From assembly GCA_964016885.1 (NCBI GenBank), contig OZ024743.1, positions 118,420,001-118,484,000 on the forward strand: a stretch of 64,000 bases of DNA, read 5' to 3'. Origin of the DNA: Eledone cirrhosa (lineage: Eukaryota). The translations under genes were made by a program, and so were the position numbers. Under the pieces are notes generated by a model. That model worked only from the letters and a program-made list of their open reading frames with translations, was not told the origin of the DNA and did no database searches. Every line of letters starts with the position of its first letter. Position 1 is the first letter of the stretch. Of the stretch, positions 55,053 to 64,000 are shown one piece after another.

Positions 55053-56192
55053 GCTTTTTCTCGAATATTTTTTTCCATTTCTCCCCTGATCATTCTCCTC
55101 TATCTTGCAGATATTCAAACCACCAGGATTGAACTTACCACCTTCGTTCTTCCAACTCTCAACTCTTCACTATCCTCACACATACTGTGTGGTTACACAC
55201 ACCTTGTTGTAATTAGAAGTACCTGACTGGAGAATAACGATTCTTACTTATCTCCCCTGTCACTGACTCATCCATCATTACGTACTTAGCTCTCCTCTCT
55301 CTTGAAATATCGTTACAATCGCCGTTTTAATAACATTCCCTTCTTTGTTTCTGTCCCTTCTTTCACAAATATACCCAATGCTTTTTCTGAGAAAGTCTCT
55401 AAGATGTGTTGAAACACGCCCGAAATTCTCCCAGTTAAAAATACTAGAAAAAATATGTATTGACTAATATCAATTTAAATGTGAATGTTGTGTGTAGCGC
55501 CATATTGAAAAGGCTTTTGACTTGAATTTATTCAGTCGAATGTCTTGATTTGGGATATATATTTCTTATTGCAAATATAACACGGTGATTTTAATTTAAC
55601 GAATAAAATTGTGCCTGTATTGAGTCTCAATTTTCCACTTCATTCTCTATCCAAATGTAGATTCTCATGGTATCAATTGCTATTGGTCTTTGCTTATTCT
55701 GGTTTTTGCACATCCGAACATAGTGTTTTTACTGAGATTATAAATACTGTTAATGTTTTTAAGTGCGAGTGTGTTCATCTAACTGTTTTTGTAGCTATCT
55801 ATGGCTATTCATCTCTAAGTACATCTGTGTCTATGTTTTTGTGTGTATCTGTGGCTGATTGTGTATGTATCTATGTATGGCCCCGTGAAACATTCCCTTA
55901 CCCTAGGATGTTTGCAAGAGATTATTAGAATGTTTTCGTAGGAGTGTTCTGATGTGTCATATATATTTTTCTGTTTGTTTGGAGGTGGTATTTTATGTAT
56001 TGGTGGAGGGTGAATTAGTTGGAATTAGCTGATGCAACAAACTGTGAACTTCGTTTATATTTTGATTATGTGAGTAATATAGTGTAGATGTTTAATGTTA
56101 TAATGATTACATTTAAATCGCTTATAGCCCGGCAGATACATGGGCATGCATGTATACACTCATATAATACATACACACATAACTCTCTCTCT

Positions 56193-56292
<100 letters not shown>

Positions 56293-57511
56293 GGTGGGCC
56301 CATATAACCCTCATGATAGTGACCGCTCCGCACATCTGAGTGACACCAACCGAGCTCGACCTGAGCTGTGCACAACCACGCGATGGCTCACAGCGGACAC
56401 CCTACAACACCGCATGAATAGGACCAGGAATGTCACATGGTATAACCATCCGTACTCGGTGGGCCTACGTACCAGCCTGGCTAGAACATTCTTTAGAGTA
56501 CTGGATAAATGTTTCCCTAGGGCCCACAAGTACCATAAAATATTCAACAGGCACACGGTGAAACTTTCCTACTCAACCACACGCTCCGTAGCCCAGCACA
56601 TAGCTGGCATAAATAGGAATAGGCTCACTGCCTCTAATACCACCGTAAACCACGGAGCCACCCAACAGAACCAGCACGCGGGACGCAACGGAACCCGGAC
56701 AGGCCCAACTAGCACACCGGAACCCAACGACCCTGTGCTGATTGCGGAGGCTACCCAGTCAAGCCCGAGTGATGGTTACCACGCGGTACATGTGGTGGGG
56801 TTTAAGAAGTCATATAATTGCAGAGACCCATCACTATGCCCCCTTAGTAATGAATGCATGACGAAAAACGTAGTCTACAGGTACAAGGTCACAACCCCTA
56901 ACACAGAGCACCACTACATAGGATCCACAGCGATGAGCTTCAAAGATCGGTGGTATAACCATCGCCATTCCTTTAACAGAATAGATAAGAGGAAATGTAC
57001 GGCCCTTTCGGAATTGATCTGGTGGCTCAAACTTGAAAAGACCCCGCACTCTCTGGTCCGTGGTTAGAAAGGTTCCCCCAGACAGAGGTGGATCTGGTAT
57101 TTGCAAACTCTGTCTTAGTGAGACACTCGAGAATCTTCATGGCGGAACCAAGCTATTAAACAGAAGGGCCGACTTATTTGGTGCCTGCAGACACCTAAGG
57201 ACGGGAAATTTCCTCAAGCTATATGGATAAGCCCCGGTTACGGCCTCCCCCCCTCCCTATAGGTCCCCTACACCCCGTACCAATGACCAATGGACAACAA
57301 TAACCACCCATAGTTTGTGGTCCCTATGGTGGATGGTCCACCGGATCTTCTACTGGTTAGGAGTCATCTAAACCACGCTTTATTGAACCTGATTTTATAT
57401 ATATATGTATATAATATGTGTATATATATATATGTATTTTATATGTGTATATATGTGTATTTTATATATATGTATGTATATATATGTATATATTTTATAT
57501 ATATATGTATG

Positions 57512-57593
<82 letters not shown>

Positions 57594-58460
57594 ATGTATG
57601 TATTATGTGTGTATATATTTTGTGTATGTGTGTGTTTTATGTATATATATATATTTTATATATACATATATACCTATGCGTACATACGTACATGCATATA
57701 TATATATATATACACACCTGTATGGATTTGTGTGTGTAGATGTGTGAGTGTATGTACAAGTCAACCAGCATAAACCTTTTATTTCTAAATTTTCTAAACT
57801 ATCTAAGTATTGGACTCTAACCATTGTTTTAAGTATAACTACCCCACATTTTGTATGTGTGGATGTGTGTGTGTGTCTGTGGAGGTAGGTCTGAGTGTAC
57901 GTGCAAGCCAACCTACATAAGACTTTTTATTTGTAAATTTTCTACTCTAACCATAAATTTCAGTAGCACCTCTCCACATAAATTCCTCAATTTAAGAATG
58001 ACCTGTAGTATCTATTTCATACTAATTGAATATATATCTGACATAAATTCCTCAATTTAAGAATGACCTGTAGTATCTATTTCATACCTTAATTGAATAT
58101 ATATCTGACCAGGAATGCTTTTTGTGAAAATCAGTCATATGGAACTATTGTCAATTTGCCTGACGGTTTGAAATTTACAACATCACCTGCCTCTTTGAGG
58201 TCAAATACCAACCCTACTACTATCTACAAACTGACCAATGAGAATCAAGACTATTCCTGCTGACAACATTAAATTATTCCTAACAAACTCATGTGTTCCA
58301 AGGCTCTGATACCATCAACACTATAAACACAGAGCTGGCATATCTAAGAACTGACTAACTGCCTGATGAGGTCGTAGCCATTCAATGGCTATCATAGAAA
58401 TATATATAGCAGTAAATACAGGATTATGAGTTCATACAATTGACTTATGTTTCGTCACTA
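56293..58460 (+). mobile_element. 5'-truncated PLE (Nematis-like GIY-YIG end, coding to about 57230) with a probable long 3' UTR ending in an HHR
   Basis: RNVTWYNHPYS..HKIFNRHTVKLSYS, YNCR..CPLSNEC..VVY..YIGST..FKDRWYNH..ALSELIW, then a frameshift to CKLCLSE..LLNRRADL..CRH. 65-bp tandem duplication at 57976-58110. Linking the UTR across the microsatellite is inferred. Confidence 0.85.
58358..58413 (+). ncRNA. Type I minimal hammerhead ribozyme (base of stem II decayed)
   Basis: actgc-CTGATGA-..tagcca-ttcaa-tggcta..-GAAA-tatata-TA-gcagt. Confidence 0.7.
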
Positions 58461-58763
58461 TATATATATATATTAGGATTGGTGCTCTGATATAGCGATG
58501 TATACATGAATGTATGTATAGTACATTTGGCAACATACCGTATGTTTAATTAAAAACATTTTGAAGACCTTGCGCTATCATTTTTAAAGTAGTGACTATG
58601 TCACTTACTTCTTTTTTTGTCGGCAAAAGAGGGGAGAGAAGCTGACAGAGTCTGTTTCACACTGTTGGTGAAAACTATAAAAGCTGTATTCTTATAGAAT
58701 TCCAATAATAATCAGGAGTTGATTATACAGAGCGATTGCCGGTCCAGCAAAAATTAGGTATTA

Positions 58764-58861
<98 letters not shown>

Positions 58862-58939
58862 TAGCTTTATAACTACTCGTTGATAAACAGGCTTAAGCAA
58901 GTAAGACCACTCCACGTCAGTGGTATTTATCCGGCTCAA

Positions 58940-60560
58940 AGATGGCAAACAATCGTACTGGAGTTATGTATTAAATAAACGTTATGATAGAAATTCGCTC
59001 TACCATATACTTCCTCAACTCTATAAACCGGACATCATAGGCCGCCCCCTCTTCTCCGCGGGCTATTATCCAGCCAAATGGTTTTGGGCTTTCCTTAACT
59101 ACATCATTAAACCTCTGGTAGCGATTTTGCCAATTCCGACTCCAACCACACCTCTACTCCTTGACCCTCCCATCTGGCCCACAACCGCTTCTCGTCACAC
59201 ATCATATCAAGTCCCTCTATACCATTGGTTCCTAAATTTTTCCAAGTTTTTTTCTCGGCGGTCCCCTTACCATTTTTGGGATGCCTCGCGTTTCCCTATC
59301 ATATTATGGCCGTATTTCCAAAATCTTTCAAAGACAAACTTTTATGAAATGCATGACAATATATAATTGTTTCTACTTTAGGCACAAGGCCAGCAACAAC
59401 CCAGTGCATTACTGGTACTGCGGGAATGAAACTCCTATGGTTTGCACGTTAGCGTCAAATGTTTATTCAAGAAAAATTGCTTCCTAGTTTTAAAACTTCA
59501 ATCACGGTATACCATGAAAGTTTGGCTAAGTCTTCACGGTCCCCCCCACACAAAAAAAAAATCGCTTCGTGTTCCCCGAGGAGACCGCGGACCCCAGTTT
59601 GGGAACCACTGCTCTATGCTATTATCCCCCACACCGAGGGTCTCATGGCCCTCCAATATTTCCTCGACATTCGTCCATCGCCTCAAACTTTCACCTGCAC
59701 CCTTATCTACCTGTCCGAGCTGGTCCTCACCCAGAAAGTTTCATCTTTCTCGTGTAAGATGTACCAGCAGACGGCGGGGGTGGATATGGCTATCTTATTC
59801 GTCGACTATGTTGAGGCTCAAATCTTTTCCCAATATGCTGGTGCAACTCACGAGCTATACAGACGTTATATTGATGCCTGCATCGGCGTCACGTCACTCA
59901 TATGAGTACAGGTCGACTCAATCCGCTCCTTCTTTTACATCCATCCCGGCCTTGACTTCATCACTTCCGTTCAATTCTCGGATATCTCTGTTTCTATTAA
60001 CTATTCCAATCACTCCCCCATCACGTCAGTCATCTTTCAACTGCCCGATTCCCACAACTACCGCAGCTTCAAATCATCCCTTCTCACTTCACCAATAAAC
60101 TCCATCCCCTCCTTCCAATTATTTCGTTTCCGCCGTCCGTGCAGTCGAACCCAAGACTCTGAGTCTCAGGCTTATTACAAGGCCAGACTCTTCAGCGGCG
60201 AGTATAACACTCCCCACTCTGATACAAGCCACCCTAACACATACGGGTAGAGCCGACTGCACTTCTGCCCTTGCCACTCGCCGCCCCAAAACAACCGGCT
60301 ACCACTTCCATTTACCTACAACCCTTCCACCTTGCTCCTCCAGAAGACACTCCTCCGCATCTTCCGCCGCCTCCGATCGGATACCTCCACCCTCCCATTT
60401 CCCGCTCCCACTCATCATCTTTTTTAATCGCATACACAAAATTAGGAAGCTTATCATTGATCCCATCCCTTCACCCGGCCCCACTGCCATACATGCAGCT
60501 TCATCCCCCATAGCACTACACTAACCAGATCTCGCAGCCGTATTTTTCATGTTAGGGTCC
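58940..60560 (+). pseudogene. Decayed PLE RT (Neptune-like), interrupted by a MITE
   Basis: ILPQLYKP..GRPLFSA..IIKPLV, IKSLY|AIIPHTEGLMAL..LSELVLT..YQQTAGVDM..YRRYIDACIG. Confidence 0.8.
59223..59611. mobile_element. hAT (Charlie-like) MITE containing a SINE tail fragment (about 59365-59420)
   Basis: TIRs CATTGGTTCCTAAATT / AGTTTGGGAACCACTG. 8-bp TSD CTCTATAC (59215-22) / CTCTATGC (59612-19). Confidence 0.85.
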
Positions 60561-60682
60561 CTTTGTGCTGTACGTGCACAATCCTCGTCTCTAGGCCTGT
60601 GAATCTGGCTGACTGATTCGTTGAATATCTGCGGGAGACCCGGGTCGGCAACCCTCCTCAGAGGCTCGACATTTCCACAATA

Positions 60683-60767
60683 TTTGTCTTTCCACACGTC
60701 AGCTTACTATGTTTGTCTTTCCACACGCCAGCTTACTATGTTTGTCTTTCCACACGTCAGCTTACTG
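60683..60767 (+). repeat. 29-bp minisatellite, about 3 copies
   Basis: TTTGTCTTTCCACACGTCAGCTTACTATG. Confidence 0.9.
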
Positions 60768-61751
60768 GACCTGACTCTCCTGATACGCGCCGTCAGAATG
60801 AACAGCGGCTTATTTATTTTCTAAATACATCTACACTCAATTGCCTAAATGCACCGCCCCTCTTCCTCTTATCTGCTCCCCACAACACATCCAGTGACTT
60901 CCTTCATACCTGCGCACACCGACACGGATACAATATTGCAGCCACCACAGGGAAATATTCGCACACACTTAGATACATTGCACATACAACAACAACATTT
61001 TAACGCGCATTATTAAACAAATTTGTAAAAACCCACACATAGACACACTAACATCAGCACAAATACACATGCATTTATCACTTAGCGGTGTATAGTGTGG
61101 TTGGTATAGAAATTTAACTGTTTTTTTTTCTAATTTATTTTAACTTCAGCTAGACCACCTTGAAGTTTACTTTCGTTTTTTTTTTTTAATGAACAGATAC
61201 TTACCGAATAGATACATATTAATCACTGATAATTTCGATTATATTTGATTCATAAACAGACACCACACATACATACAATGTTAATACATTTAAACACCAC
61301 CAAGAATCATGTAAAGCCCATTCTACCAATATATATGCTGATACGCCTAAACAATTAAAAACAACACACAGACTCACATGTCCCGCTTTTTCTATTTTTT
61401 TTTTCTAATCTGTCTACCATTGTGTTATCCTGGTAAAGGACTAAGATCCGATATGTTGAATATGTTCTTTCCTTCATCCAAAGGGTAAATCTAATAACAT
61501 GTTTCTTTGTTTTTTTTTACGAATAATTATTTCTTTGTAAAATGGACATAGCATGCATAGCAGTACGTGAACGTCTCGGTACATGGAGTTGCTACACTGC
61601 CTGTCAAATAGTGTAATAAGACTAAACAGTTCTTGGAGCTCAGGTATTGCATTGGATTTCTCCTTGTAGAGAAAGATATAGAAATGTATTTTTATATATG
61701 AAATAAATTATAAAAGATAGAAGCGATACACACATGAATATATATATATAC

Positions 61752-61821
<70 letters not shown>

Positions 61822-61828
61822 GTGTCTA

Positions 61829-61879
<51 letters not shown>

Positions 61880-61883
<4 letters not shown>

Positions 61884-62222
61884 CAAAAAGTTAATAAATG
61901 AAAAATATTCTCATAATCAAAATATATATTTTATTATACATATTTCAAAGGTACAATGGTGGCAGGCTGCCAATACTGGAATGGAAAAATCAAAATCGTA
62001 GCGGTGTGTCACATATCAAATCATATATTTTGTCTGATGAAGACGTACTTAAAAACACCATTTGTACCTTTGCAATATGTATCATAAAATATATATTTTG
62101 ATTATGAGAATATTATTCATTTATTATCATTTTGAATAATATTAAAAACTCCAGGAAAATCTCCGTTGAGTGCTTCTAATATTGTATTTGTTGAGTAATC
62201 AACGAACCATATTAATCTTTGG

Positions 62223-62223
<1 letters not shown>
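61880..62223 (+). mobile_element. pLTR-like fragment with HHR (62023-62093, GAAA changed to GCAA) and an inverted 5' copy
   Basis: tattttgt-CTGATGA-agacgtac..gtaccttt-GCAA-tatgta-TC-ataaaata. The inverted copy at 61895-61961 retains GAAA. Confidence 0.7.
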
Positions 62224-62301
<78 letters not shown>

Positions 62302-62560
62302 TGTGTGAGTCGCTTCTATCTTTTATAATTTATTTCATATTAAAAAATGAAATAAATTATAAAAGATACACATATGAATATTTATTTCATTTTTTAATAA
62401 ATATTTTTTCTCTTTGATATTTTTTTTATAAATATTTTTTCTATTTGATATATATTTATCCTTATCGAGCCCTCTTTGGATTTTAGTCTTCACATTTATT
62501 ATTATTATTATATATATATAGAGAGAGAGAGAGAAAGAGAGAGAGAGACAGAGAGAGAGA

Positions 62561-62652
<92 letters not shown>

Positions 62653-62813
62653 ATAAGAAGTCAGATTTGCAAATTGTAATGAAACTTTATTGCATGTTAC
62701 AACTGTTTCGATATTGATTGTCCTCGGGTATCATCAGACGATCGGATCCCGACACTTAATCGATACGTCTTCAGATATGCGAGTTTACATACTTGGGTGG
62801 TCCCATCCAAACA

Positions 62814-62917
<104 letters not shown>

Positions 62918-63129
62918 GTTAAAGTGTACATCTACATATGTATACGGAAGTATTAGTATGCATATAAATACACACATGTATACATATGTACATGTACTCA
63001 GCTTTTCACTAGACACTTTACAGTGAGTGTCAGCTAGTCTGTATGTAACCACACAGGCGGACCGGGTTTTAGAGTCATACGAGTTTTCAAGGAAACACAT
63101 TTCCTCTATTCTCCAGCGGGCCAGACAGG

Positions 63130-63174
63130 AATATTGGACTAGTTTCGATGTTATTACATCTCATCAGCAATATT
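63130..63174 (-). ncRNA. Type I minimal hammerhead ribozyme, intact (unit 1)
   Basis: aatattg-CTGATGA-gatgt-aata-acatc-GAAA-ctag-TC-caatatt, with palindromic ACTAGT stem III and a GUC site. Confidence 0.92.
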
Positions 63175-63598
63175 TACCCATCTTCCGGCTTCTCTGGAGA
63201 ATTGTAAAAGCACATATCGTTATATGCTTTTTCTATGAAAATTAGTAGTGGGTAGACTAATTTGCATAGAACGTGAGTCATTGTACGCACCGGTTCAGCG
63301 GAAACGATAAAAACAAATAACGAAACGAAATTAAATTTCGTTTCGCTTCTAACTCACTTTTGTATGACTGACGCTTAAACAATTAAGTTAAAGTGTACAT
63401 CTACATATGTATACGGAAGTATTAGTATGCATATAAATACACACATGTATACATATGTACATGTACTCAGCTTTTCACTAGACACTTTACAGTGAGTGTC
63501 AGCTAGTCTGTATGTAACCACACAGGCGGACCGGGTTTTAGAGTCATACGAGTTTTCAAGGAAACACATTTCCTCTATTCTCCAGAGGGCCAGACAGG

Positions 63599-63643
63599 AA
63601 TATTGGACTAGTTTCGATGTTATTACATCTCATCAGCAATATT
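63599..63643 (-). ncRNA. Type I minimal hammerhead ribozyme, intact (unit 2)
   Basis: Identical to 63130-63174 at +469. Confidence 0.92.
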
Positions 63644-64000
63644 TACCCATCTTCCGGCTTCTCTGGAGAATTGTAAAAGCACATATCGTTATATGCTTTT
63701 TCTATGAAAATTAGTAGTGGGTAGACTAATTTGCATAGAACATGAGTCATTGTACGCACCGGTTCAGCGGAAACGATAAAAACAAATAACGAAACGAAAT
63801 TAAATTTCGTTTCGCTTCTAACTCACTTTTGTATGACTGACGCTTAAACAATTAACTTAATTGTTTAACTTAATTGTTTAAGCGTCAGTCATACAGAAGT
63901 GAGTTAGAAGCGAAACGAAATTTAATTTCGTTTCGTTATTTGTTTTTATCGTTTCCGCTGAACCGGTGCGTACAATGACTCACGTTCTATGCAAATTAGT

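Noticed and set aside
60683-60767. 29-bp repeats as a CRISPR array
   Set aside because: Contiguous tandem copies without spacers, in eukaryotic context.
63027-63714. Duplicated 72-aa ORFs as a gene pair
   Set aside because: They have GTG starts, no recognisable domain and lie antisense to the HHR. They are a by-product of the tandem repeat.

Overview
This is AT-rich, repeat-saturated eukaryotic DNA with no host gene I can support; most computed ORFs are microsatellite read-through ([12 protein letters not shown]). The SINE sequence and (TA)n/(CA)n density suggest a coleoid cephalopod such as an octopus (inference). Recognisable elements are several Penelope-like retroelements (PLEs, RT plus GIY-YIG), one nearly intact with inverted pseudo-LTRs, plus RTE, CR1/L2-like and R4/Dong LINE fragments, a Chapaev-type transposase, Helitron remnants, a hAT MITE and about 10 SINE copies. 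The main result is at least a dozen hammerhead ribozyme (HHR) motifs, intact or decayed, almost all with their 3' side 40-430 nt from a (TA)n tract. Two sequence-unrelated families carry a non-circularly permuted (pseudoknotted) HHR with matching geometry and one compensatory base change. Three non-coding HHR elements form tandem units (469, 536 and about 673 nt), two of them with 5' inversions, resembling retrozymes mobilised by PLEs. All structures were folded by eye and need computational and biochemical confirmation.
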